NCBI GenBank assembly: GCA_002796125.1
Contig: PCWA01000075.1
Span: 10,317-74,316 of the forward strand
Reading direction: 5' to 3'
DNA length: 64,000 bases
Source of the DNA: Candidatus Ghiorseimicrobium undicola
GTDB taxonomy: Bacteria; Omnitrophota; Gorgyraeia; Ghiorseimicrobiales; Ghiorseimicrobiaceae
The notes beneath the pieces were generated by a model, which saw nothing but the letters and a program-made list of their open reading frames with translations, made no database searches and was not told the DNA's origin. The stretch's first letter is position 1. Each line of letters begins with the position of its first letter. A program made the position numbers and the translations under genes. Shown here one piece after another: positions 56,126-64,000 of this stretch.

Positions 56126-56899
56126 CTAGTCATCCCGGTGCTCTTTGATAAAAGTATAATATCCGCTAATCTCAGCCCAGAATATAAACATATTAGCCGA
56201 ATTTTCGGAAATCCGTATGCGTTTTAAAGCATAAATGTCATCTTTGGGATAATCTTTTCCCGGATTAGTGGCTACCGCTGCGATATATCCCGCATCAATT
56301 ACCTTCTGGCGCACTTTTTCATTAAAGGCTCCCAAGGGATAACACAATAATTCCACTGGTTTTTTAGTAAACACTTCCAGAATTTTTTTGGAATAAAATA
56401 TTTCTTTATCCAGATATAAATCATCTATCTGTGTCAATACTTTATGTTCAAGAGTATGGCTTCCTATAGTCACAAGGCCGCTTCCGCTTAGTTCTTTTAC
56501 CTGCTCTGCCGTAAAATATCCCGGCCTGCCTATAAAATCCACTATAACAAATATGGTCGCGGGTATATTATATTTTTTAAGCACGGGGTAAGCTTTAGTA
56601 TAATTGTTTTCATAGCCGTCATCAAAGGTTATAACTACGGTATTATGCGGAATTTTCTTCTTTGCCTTAATCAACTCAACTGCCTCTTTTAAAGAAACGG
56701 TATTATATTTACAGCGCTTCAAAAAAGCCATCTGCTTTTCAAACGCTTCCGGCGATACCGCAAGCTTGGTTTTTAAAGATTCTTCTTTATCTATCTTATG
56801 GTACATAAGGATGGGTAAAACATACGCTTGTTTGGCCGGGATATTTAATAAAAAAAATCCGGCGATAATCAACAATAAAACAATGATTTTCTTTTTCAT
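56126..56899 (-). CDS. Polysaccharide deacetylase (CE4/NodB)
   Basis: PILMYH, TFDDGY, GSHTLEH, CYPLG. Confidence 0.92.
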   Translation of the reverse strand: MKKKIIVLLLIIAGFFLLNIPAKQAYVLPILMYHKIDKEESLKTKLAVSPEAFEKQMAFLKRCKYNTVSLKEAVELIKAKKKIPHNTVVITFDDGYENNYTKAYPVLKKYNIPATIFVIVDFIGRPGYFTAEQVKELSGSGLVTIGSHTLEHKVLTQIDDLYLDKEIFYSKKILEVFTKKPVELLCYPLGAFNEKVRQKVIDAGYIAAVATNPGKDYPKDDIYALKRIRISENSANMFIFWAEISGYYTFIKEHRDD

Positions 56900-56927
56900 T
56901 ATCTTCCCCTCGCTTTTCGGTAAAATT

Positions 56928-58013
56928 TTAAGCTAAAACTTCCTTATATACATTAATTGTTTTCTCTGACATAATTTTACTGGAAAATTTTTCGCCTATT
57001 AAATCATAAGCTGTTTTAGCTATAGAGCGGCTTAAATATTTATCCCGGATTAGCCTGACTACAGCTTGCGCAAGAGCTTTTATATCAAACTGCTCAACCA
57101 GCAAACCGGTTACTTCATGTTCAATGACATCGGTTATACCCCCGATGCGGAATCCAACACAAGGAACAAGATTACTCTGCGCTTCCAATATAGAAAGCCC
57201 CAAACCCTCCTGGATGGAAGGCGAAACAAAAACATCCATAACAGAAAAAATCTCTCCCAGCTCCGCTCTGGAAGGAATAATATGCACCTTATCTCTAAGC
57301 TTAAGCTCGTTTATAAAATCAGTTATAACTTTTTTGTAAGGCCCGTCTCCCACAATTAAAAGCTGCGCGTAAGGCTCTATAGACAGGACATGCTTCATCG
57401 CGCTGATTAAATATAAATGCCCCTTTACCGGAGAAAGCCTTGCCACCATGCCTACAACGGGCCCTTCGGATAAGCCTAATCTTTTTTTTATCGCGTTGAT
57501 GGGATAATCTTTTTTAGGATTTAATGCCACGCCGTTATAAACCAATTTTATTCTTGCCTGCCTTACTTTTAAATCCTCTATCAAATGTTTCCTGACCGCC
57601 CCGCTTATGGCTATAACCCGCCTGCCCCAAAACCCGAAAATTTTCCTTGCTAACTTCGGCTTAAAATAACCGTGGCACGTAGTTACATACGGAATGGATA
57701 AAGCCCTGCTTAAAAAGAAAGATAATACTTGGGTTACGCGCGTCTGGGCGTGTATTATTTCTATGTTTTTTTCTTTAATCAACCCTTTTAATCTTAAAAA
57801 CGCGAATATCAACTTAGGGCTTAACTCGGATTTAGTCCTCAGATTCAGGCCTATATGAACAATATTTTCTTTTAAAAGATGATCAGCGAGGTCGCCGCCG
57901 CTGGATGCCACAAAGACATCATGGCCCATCTTTTTAAACTCCAAAGCTAAATTTACTACATAACTTGCGATACCGCCGAAATTCAGGTGAGTGGTCAAAA
58001 TCAGTATATTCAT
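56928..58013 (-). CDS. GT4 glycosyltransferase
   Basis: GGIASY, HAQTR, ARLSPVKG, EGLGLSILEA. Confidence 0.92.
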   Translation of the reverse strand: MNILILTTHLNFGGIASYVVNLALEFKKMGHDVFVASSGGDLADHLLKENIVHIGLNLRTKSELSPKLIFAFLRLKGLIKEKNIEIIHAQTRVTQVLSFFLSRALSIPYVTTCHGYFKPKLARKIFGFWGRRVIAISGAVRKHLIEDLKVRQARIKLVYNGVALNPKKDYPINAIKKRLGLSEGPVVGMVARLSPVKGHLYLISAMKHVLSIEPYAQLLIVGDGPYKKVITDFINELKLRDKVHIIPSRAELGEIFSVMDVFVSPSIQEGLGLSILEAQSNLVPCVGFRIGGITDVIEHEVTGLLVEQFDIKALAQAVVRLIRDKYLSRSIAKTAYDLIGEKFSSKIMSEKTINVYKEVLA

Positions 58014-58015
58014 TT

Positions 58016-58126
58016 TAATGAGCGCGCAACTTACGCAGCGAAGCGAACGTAAGTTGTTTGCGCGAATTAATCCCGAAGCCTACGAAGTAAATTTCGAAGA
58101 AATTTACGAGTGCTTAGGCGAGGGAT
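58016..58126 (+). repeat. Family D + family E hairpin tandem
   Basis: TAATGAGCGCGCAACTTACGCAGCGAAGCGAACGTAAGTTGTTTGCGCGAATTA then ATCCCGAAGCCTACGAAGTAAATTTCGAAGAAATTTACGAGTGCTTAGGCGAGGGAT (near-identical to 39523-39577). Confidence 0.85.
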
Positions 58127-58185
58127 ACATTTTACAACAATCAAGCAACCTAACCATAGTCCAACATGGCGTTAGGTTAAGAGGC

Positions 58186-60267
58186 TTACTGAATTACTTT
58201 TTTTACTGCGCCAAATACTTCTTCCGGAGTAATCTGCGCCATGCATTTTATATCGGGGCATTTCGCTTTATAGCAGGGAGCGCATCCCGGATCCTTCCTG
58301 ATAACGATATACTTTTTCGCGGGAGGCATATGCTTTTTCGGATCCGTAGGCCCAAAAAGCGCTACAATCGGAGTATTAACGCCCGCTGCGATATGCAAAG
58401 GGGCCGAATCTCCACTGATATAAGCCTGGCATCTTTTTATTAAAGAAACCAGCTGATTAAAAGATGTCTTGCCGCAGGCAATGATGGGTTTTGCGCGCGA
58501 TTGCCTGAATATTTCTTCTGCCAAACCCAGATCATTTTCAGTGCCCGTAAGGATCAGGCGCATATCGGAATTCATAAGCATCTCGCTTAATTTAACGATA
58601 AATTTTACTGGCCATCTCTTTGTCAGCCATTTATTGCTTGATGATATATTAATGCCGATTAATTGCTGATCGCCGGCTATCCACTCATTATTTAGAAAAT
58701 CATCTATATATTTATCATCATCTTCAGATGTCCAAAGCTCCAAATGCCTGCTATATGAGCTTATACCAAGCAGTTCTAAAATTTTAGCCTGATGCTCAAC
58801 CGGAAGGAGAACTTCTTTAGGCAGGGCTATTTTATGGTTTAAGAGAAAAGATAACTTCTTGTTATTATATCCGTATCTATGGCGGGCCATGCTTAAAAAA
58901 GCGAGCAGATGGCTTCGTTTATTATTTTGCAGATCTAGGCATAAATCAAAAGATTTTTTGCGCAAGGAATTTGCCAGTTTAAATAATGGCCTTATCCCGC
59001 TATCCTTAAACTTAAAATCAGCTACTAGTAATTCATCTATGTATGGACAGCGGGAAAGGACCTCTTCGGCGTCTTTAGACGTAAGGCAGGTTATTCTCGC
59101 CTTAGGGTATTTTTCTCTTAAGGCGCGCAGGCTGGGTGTCGCCAATATCACGTCTCCTATAGCGCTAAATTTAATTATCAATATATTCGGCTCCAAGGCT
59201 TCCTCATAAACTTTCAGCGTTGAACTGATCATCTTATCCAGGGTAAATTTTTCCGCTACTGTTCTCAAGGCGTTATTGGCCAGGCGTTCTGCAAGATTTT
59301 CATCCCGTAAAACCTTTATTATCGCAGAAGACATCGCCTGTACATCTTTAGGAGGAAAAAGCAACCCGTTTACGTTATCTTCAATTATATCTACTATGCC
59401 GCCTACGCGCGAAGCCACAACCGGAACGCCTGCGGCGTTAGCCTCAATTATAACCCTGCCAAAAGCCTCTTCAACCACTGTAGGAACCACAAGAAGATTC
59501 AACTGAGTCAAAATATGAGGTATATCGCGCTGAGCGCCTAAAAATTCTACGCTGGAAGAAAGCCCCAGGCGCTTTACTAAAACATCTATTTCGTCTTTAT
59601 AACGCTCTTTGCCCCTACCCACATCCCCCACTATCCAGATAGACAAATTAGGTATCACTCTCGCCACTTTCGACATTGCCCATAAAAAATAAATATGCCC
59701 TTTAATAGGCGTAATCCTTCCGATTATGCCTATCACAAACTCTCTTTTATTTTTTTCTTTGGGGCTTATAAATTTAAACCTGTTTAAATTTACGCTTCTA
59801 GGTATAAGCCTTATCCTGCCGAAAGGCACGCCGAAATCATCCATTTCATGCCTGCCGATAATAGAACTAGGCACAATCACAAATTTACCCCAACCCATTA
59901 TTACGCTAAAAAAATGGCTGGAATAATATCCGTGGCAGGTGGTGATAAACGGAGTATCGGTAAATCTTGCCGCAAAGAACGCCGCCCATGCGGGGACGCG
60001 CGAGCGCGCGTGCACTATGTCTATCCTTTCCTTCTTTATAATTTTTACAAGCTCTCCCACATTTCTGAATATGGTAAAAAGGGATTTTTTTTGCAGGTCA
60101 ATCTTGTAATGCATGACGCCGGCTTTCTTAAGTTCAGAAATCAACTCTCCCCCGCAAGAAGCAACATACGACTTATGCCCCATTTTTGCCAAGGATACAG
60201 CCAAATCAACAGTGCCTGTTTCCACTCCTCCTAAATTTAATTCAGGAACAACCTGTAATATATTCAT
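58186..60267 (-). CDS. Fused GT4 glycosyltransferase + GT9 heptosyltransferase
   Basis: N-half GGVETGT, HARSR, EAFGRVIIEA; C-half KFSAIGDVILATP, GDSAPLH, FGPT. Confidence 0.92.
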   Translation of the reverse strand: MNILQVVPELNLGGVETGTVDLAVSLAKMGHKSYVASCGGELISELKKAGVMHYKIDLQKKSLFTIFRNVGELVKIIKKERIDIVHARSRVPAWAAFFAARFTDTPFITTCHGYYSSHFFSVIMGWGKFVIVPSSIIGRHEMDDFGVPFGRIRLIPRSVNLNRFKFISPKEKNKREFVIGIIGRITPIKGHIYFLWAMSKVARVIPNLSIWIVGDVGRGKERYKDEIDVLVKRLGLSSSVEFLGAQRDIPHILTQLNLLVVPTVVEEAFGRVIIEANAAGVPVVASRVGGIVDIIEDNVNGLLFPPKDVQAMSSAIIKVLRDENLAERLANNALRTVAEKFTLDKMISSTLKVYEEALEPNILIIKFSAIGDVILATPSLRALREKYPKARITCLTSKDAEEVLSRCPYIDELLVADFKFKDSGIRPLFKLANSLRKKSFDLCLDLQNNKRSHLLAFLSMARHRYGYNNKKLSFLLNHKIALPKEVLLPVEHQAKILELLGISSYSRHLELWTSEDDDKYIDDFLNNEWIAGDQQLIGINISSSNKWLTKRWPVKFIVKLSEMLMNSDMRLILTGTENDLGLAEEIFRQSRAKPIIACGKTSFNQLVSLIKRCQAYISGDSAPLHIAAGVNTPIVALFGPTDPKKHMPPAKKYIVIRKDPGCAPCYKAKCPDIKCMAQITPEEVFGAVKKVIQ

Positions 60268-60270
60268 TTT

Positions 60271-60342
60271 TAGAATGTAGAATTTAAAATGTAGGATGCA
60301 GAATTGTGTATTTTAATTTTACATCCTGCATTTTACATTCAT
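60271..60342. repeat. Mirrored heptamer array (TAGAATG-type x5 facing its complement x4-5)
   Basis: TAGAATG TAGAATT TAAAATG TAGGATG CAGAATT ... TTTTACA TCCTGCA TTTTACA TTC. Confidence 0.85.
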
Positions 60343-60343
60343 A

Positions 60344-62296
60344 CTATAATATTTCTTTCAGTTTCTTTCTAACCTCTTCTCTATCGTTAAGCCTCTTGAT
60401 AAGAGGCCGTTTGGTTAATATCTCCTTTATCTTGTAGCCAAGTGTATGCGCTTCGCAAAGGTGTATATAGCCGTGATTTTGGAGGTTTTCAAGAAACATT
60501 CTATGCCTTTTATTGATCGAAGACTGTATCGCTTCTTTTTTTTCCGATGAATAAACTACTATGACCTGCTTTCCTGAAGAAGCCGCTTCAGAAATCATGG
60601 AAATACTCTCGCTGGTCACGATAACCAGCGAAGAAAGCCCCAGTATGCCACCCACTGCCTCGGGAATATTTTTTTCATTAGCTATTATCAACAGCTTGCA
60701 ATTATCAAAACCATGCAATTCTCTTTTAAAAACTTCTTCCGCCTCTTTTGGCGTACGGCGTGAAGTAGTAATCAAAATATTGGCATTAAATTCTACCGAT
60801 ACCCTCTTGATTCTGCTGATTATGCTCTGGGCAATACGCGGATTTAACTCATAATCTTTAGTATTGCCGCCAATTAATAACCCGATCCTTAAATCCGAAT
60901 CGAATGAAGCGCCTATATTTTTATATAATTTCTGCGCCTGTGTTTTAAGATAATCTTCATCAATAAGATTTAATGCGCCTTCCGTAACCGCTATATTCTT
61001 AAAATTTGCGGCCCTATCATGCCTGGGCAAAACCAGTAAATCGAATCTTTTTACGCCTAATAAACCCGGCCTCATGATATGTATAGATTTGGCCTGATTG
61101 AGAGATGAAATAGCCAAATTCAGCCAGGCAATAGATTCTCCAGCAGATATAACAATATCACAAAAATTATGCGCTATGGCTTCATAGGAAAAAGCATCTA
61201 AAGCTGATTTTAAAAACCAGCCGTTTATTTCGCGATTTTTTTTCAGGCAGCATATTAGATATAAAATACCCGCCAAAAACCTGTTCCTGTATTTAATTTC
61301 TACTATCCTGATATCTAGATTAAAACCCATGCCGGAAATAATTTTCGCCACAGTTTCTGACTGCCTTAAATGCCCGGTTTTCCCATCCGACAATATCATG
61401 ACTGAACGTTCTTTGGAATGCTTCCATCTTTTATAAGACCAGAGATACTGCTGCGGATATTGACTGATATAATGCTCAAATTTTTTGTTTATGGTATTAA
61501 GGTTTTTTTCTAAATCTTTATCTTTATCCCGGGTATCGGAAAAACTATCGAATTTCTCAATCACTATTTTATGGTATGGGCCGTGTGTCCTTACGATATA
61601 GGCGAAAAATATAGGCACCTTAAACTTTAAGGCAAGTCGTACGGCGCCTGTGGGCATAGATGCAGGCCTGCCGAAAAAATCAACCAAAGTATCGCCCTTC
61701 CCCGCGCCGTGGTCAGAAACCATAGTAACAATATGATTATTATCCAGTGACCTTATAATTTCACGCAAAGAACCCAAGGGGACCAAATTTACGCCGGATC
61801 TTTTCCGGTAAGAATTAAGTAATTCATTTAAACGCCCGTGCTTTTGATCTTTTATTACGACGCTGCAGCTTTTATGGTATATGCCGCAGGCCGCGTTCGC
61901 TATCTCCCAATCGCCTAAATGTAATGTCACATAAATCAAGCCTTTTTTATTTTCTAATGCCTCGTCTATTAAATGCTGCCCTTCTATCGTTACATATTTA
62001 TCTATATATTGTTTATCAACACGTTTTAAAGCTACTGCCTCGCATATATTTTGGCCGAAATTTTCAAAGGCACCGACTGCGATTCTTCTAATCTCGCTGG
62101 GGGCCTTGTTTCGGCAAAATACAAAACGCAAATTACGCTCAACTATGTTTCTATGTTTTTTATCCAGATAAAACATCATCCTTCCTAAAAATTTGCCAAG
62201 GCCCAGGTAAATTTCAGGATTAACCCTGGAAAACAAATTCCCCGATACTACGGCTAACTTATACAACAGATAATCGATTATTGAATTTTTGTTCAT
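60344..62296 (-). CDS. Fusion of lipid A late acyltransferase (LpxL-like) and ELM1/GtrOC1-family domain
   Basis: N-half HLGDWE, FFGRPA, PQQYLWSYKRWK; C-half LSDGKTGHLRQS, PRHD, LLIGG, TTSRRTP, VTSESISMISEAASSGK. Confidence 0.85.
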   Translation of the reverse strand: MNKNSIIDYLLYKLAVVSGNLFSRVNPEIYLGLGKFLGRMMFYLDKKHRNIVERNLRFVFCRNKAPSEIRRIAVGAFENFGQNICEAVALKRVDKQYIDKYVTIEGQHLIDEALENKKGLIYVTLHLGDWEIANAACGIYHKSCSVVIKDQKHGRLNELLNSYRKRSGVNLVPLGSLREIIRSLDNNHIVTMVSDHGAGKGDTLVDFFGRPASMPTGAVRLALKFKVPIFFAYIVRTHGPYHKIVIEKFDSFSDTRDKDKDLEKNLNTINKKFEHYISQYPQQYLWSYKRWKHSKERSVMILSDGKTGHLRQSETVAKIISGMGFNLDIRIVEIKYRNRFLAGILYLICCLKKNREINGWFLKSALDAFSYEAIAHNFCDIVISAGESIAWLNLAISSLNQAKSIHIMRPGLLGVKRFDLLVLPRHDRAANFKNIAVTEGALNLIDEDYLKTQAQKLYKNIGASFDSDLRIGLLIGGNTKDYELNPRIAQSIISRIKRVSVEFNANILITTSRRTPKEAEEVFKRELHGFDNCKLLIIANEKNIPEAVGGILGLSSLVIVTSESISMISEAASSGKQVIVVYSSEKKEAIQSSINKRHRMFLENLQNHGYIHLCEAHTLGYKIKEILTKRPLIKRLNDREEVRKKLKEIL

Positions 62297-63381
62297 GCCT
62301 GCTTTAACGCGCGATCAATTAAACTGAAAAATTCATCCTTTTTTTCTTTGATTTCCACTTCTATTTTTAGAATTAAAATTTGTAAATTCAGGCTTCTGTC
62401 AAAACGGCTCATTTTTACCGCGTCTTTTTCTGTAGTTATAATCAGGTTAAGGCCGTTTTTTAGGCATTGGCCGGTTATTTTATCCATATCCTTCCCGGAC
62501 CAGCGATGATGATCCTCGAATTCAAACTTTAATTTTATTTTGGCTCCCAAATCCAAAACCATTTTTTCAAATGAAAAAGGGTCGGCTATGGCCGACAAAA
62601 GGCAAACCTCTTTACCTTGGACAAAAGAAAGCTCAAATACCGCGCTTTCTAAATCCATAAAATTTATCGGCCTGTGTTCGGAATTAATAAGCAATGAATT
62701 ACGGCTTACGGCTTTTATTTGTAGGCCTAAAGCGCCGTAACTTCCTAATAAATTGGACTTAGTGATAACGACTACGTCTGCTCTCTTTAGGCTCGACACC
62801 GGCTCACGGAGCACTCCCCGAGGGATAAGCCGTTCATTGCCAAAAGGATTTAACGCGTTTACAAGCACTATATCCAAATCTCTTTTTAGTTTCCAATGCT
62901 GAAAACCATCATCTAAAATTACTACATCGGCATTGTATTTATTCACAGCCTCTTGCATATTTCTAATTCTGTCAGCGCCTACCAATACCGGCAGCCCCAG
63001 CTCTTTAGACAATAAATATCCTTCATCTCCCATTGTATCGGCATTCTCACTTTGGCACCGCAGATTGCCTGACTTTCTCCTATAACCCCTGATTAAAACT
63101 GCTACTTTATGGCCGCGCCGGATTAGATGTTTTGCCAGCATTATTACAAAAGGCGTTTTGCCCGTTCCGCCAAGAGTTATATTGCCTATGCTTATTACTT
63201 TACACGCTGCTTTTTTCGGCGCGGTGATTTTTAAATTATGGACGAATCTTGTCAACAATATGCCAAAGAAATAAAAAAAAGATAAAAATAATAAAATAGC
63301 TTTTAAAAAGCTCTCAAGTGCGCCTATTCTCTTGTCTTGAGCCAAAGAATGAATATATTCTTTTAGTTTCTCCAGCATCAT
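62293..63381 (-). CDS. lpxK: Tetraacyldisaccharide 4'-kinase
   Basis: GNITLGGTGKTP, RGY, GDE, LDDGFQH, PRGVLRE, DHH, TTEKDAVK. Confidence 0.96.
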   Translation of the reverse strand: MMLEKLKEYIHSLAQDKRIGALESFLKAILLFLSFFYFFGILLTRFVHNLKITAPKKAACKVISIGNITLGGTGKTPFVIMLAKHLIRRGHKVAVLIRGYRRKSGNLRCQSENADTMGDEGYLLSKELGLPVLVGADRIRNMQEAVNKYNADVVILDDGFQHWKLKRDLDIVLVNALNPFGNERLIPRGVLREPVSSLKRADVVVITKSNLLGSYGALGLQIKAVSRNSLLINSEHRPINFMDLESAVFELSFVQGKEVCLLSAIADPFSFEKMVLDLGAKIKLKFEFEDHHRWSGKDMDKITGQCLKNGLNLIITTEKDAVKMSRFDRSLNLQILILKIEVEIKEKKDEFFSLIDRALKQA

Positions 63382-63395
63382 TAATTAGAAACAAT

Positions 63396-63612
63396 ATCCC
63401 TCGCCTAAGCATCGGGTAAATCTCTTTGATATTTACCCGGTAGGCTTCGGGTAGGTTCGGATTAAGCAGTATTTATCATAAACTAAATTATAACCTACTC
63501 CGAAGCTTAAGGGGTAAATTCTCCAAAGAGAATTTACCCCTTGCTTAAGCAAGGAGATAATTCGGCCTTATAACTTACGTCGGCTTCGCCTCCGTAAGTT
63601 ATGGCCTCATTA
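63396..63612. repeat. Mosaic: inverted pair of family E hairpins plus a family D hairpin supplying the waaA stop
   Basis: E(-) 63396-63453, spacer bounded by GTAGGTT/AACCTAC, E(+) 63496-63559, D(-) 63558-63612. Confidence 0.82.
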
Positions 63613-64000
63613 ATTGAGAAATTAAATTTAGATTGCGCTCTGTCGCGCCTTGATTTTCAGATATTAAACGTTTTGCCCTGATCCCAATATTTTTTGCATA
63701 GTCCGCATCATATAAAATCTTGCACAAGGCTTCTTCAAGCCCGCCCTCATCGGCTACCTCGATAGCCGCATTATTTTTAAGATAAAGCGAAGCAATATGC
63801 GTAAAATTAAACATATACCTGCCGAATACTATGGGTTTCTGGAAATATGCCGGCTCGATAATATTCTGCCCGCCTTTTTTGACAAGGCTGCCTCCGACAA
63901 ATACCACATAGGCAAATTTATAAATTGAGCTTAATTGCCCTATCGTATCCAAAATAATCACTGAGCGCGGCATTTCTTTAAAATTATCAGCTGAAAATCT
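63599..64000 (-). CDS. waaA: KDO transferase, 3' part (5' end outside the window)
   Basis: LDTIGQL, FVGGSLVKKGGQNIIEPA, NF, NQGAT; frame open to the window end. Confidence 0.93.
   Translation of the reverse strand, partial: RFSADNFKEMPRSVIILDTIGQLSSIYKFAYVVFVGGSLVKKGGQNIIEPAYFQKPIVFGRYMFNFTHIASLYLKNNAAIEVADEGGLEEALCKILYDADYAKNIGIRAKRLISENQGATERNLNLISQLMRP

Noticed and set aside
58148-58177. ACCTAAC...GTTAGGT resembling integron attC core sites
   Set aside because: Only 30 bp, shorter than known attC sites, with no L boxes, cassette array or integrase.
185-62740. Numerous short + strand ORFs in the track (for example 1741..2214, 20400..21035, 48322..48897)
   Set aside because: Antisense shadows of well-supported - strand genes, with no recognisable motifs.
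1-64000. Alternative genetic code or programmed frameshifts
   Set aside because: Conserved genes are full length under code 11 and end at TAA, TAG and TGA at the expected positions.

Overview
A gene-dense, AT-rich (roughly 40% GC by eye) diderm bacterial chromosome segment with almost all genes on the - strand. Gene order and content are consistent with Ca. Omnitrophota (inference only). In transcription order it carries: an LPS/Kdo cluster (waaA, lpxK, an LpxL-ELM1 fusion, GT4/GT9 transferases, rfaE1, kdsBADC); a mixed accessory block (beta-barrel, receiver, TPR, macrodomain, MazG, PD-(D/E)XK nuclease, PilZ, GDT1, two aldolases) ending at tRNA-Thr(CGT); an MFS gene; an rnfCGDEAB operon; purN; a divergent FtsH-like protease with a lipoprotein; mreBCD-mrdA-rodA-radical SAM; a ~17 kb c-di-GMP-linked type IV pilus cluster with two PilB ATPases; and DUF2344-rng-rplU-obg-proBA-nadD-phosphohexomutase. 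The most striking signal lies between the genes: several families of tiny non-autonomous elements. (1) Three copies of a MITE with IS256/Mutator-like ends and 9-bp TSDs, each 15-16 bp upstream of a predicted sigma70 -35 box, carrying a structured cargo with compensatory base changes. (2) About a dozen covarying hairpins with tandem G.A mismatches and GNA triloops, TA-flanked, at stop/start codons and stacked into mosaics; one related doublet sits in frame inside a phosphohexomutase. (3) An 86-bp TIR element. (4) Mirrored 7-9-mer tandem arrays, some inside coding sequence. No transposase, integrase or CRISPR array is visible.
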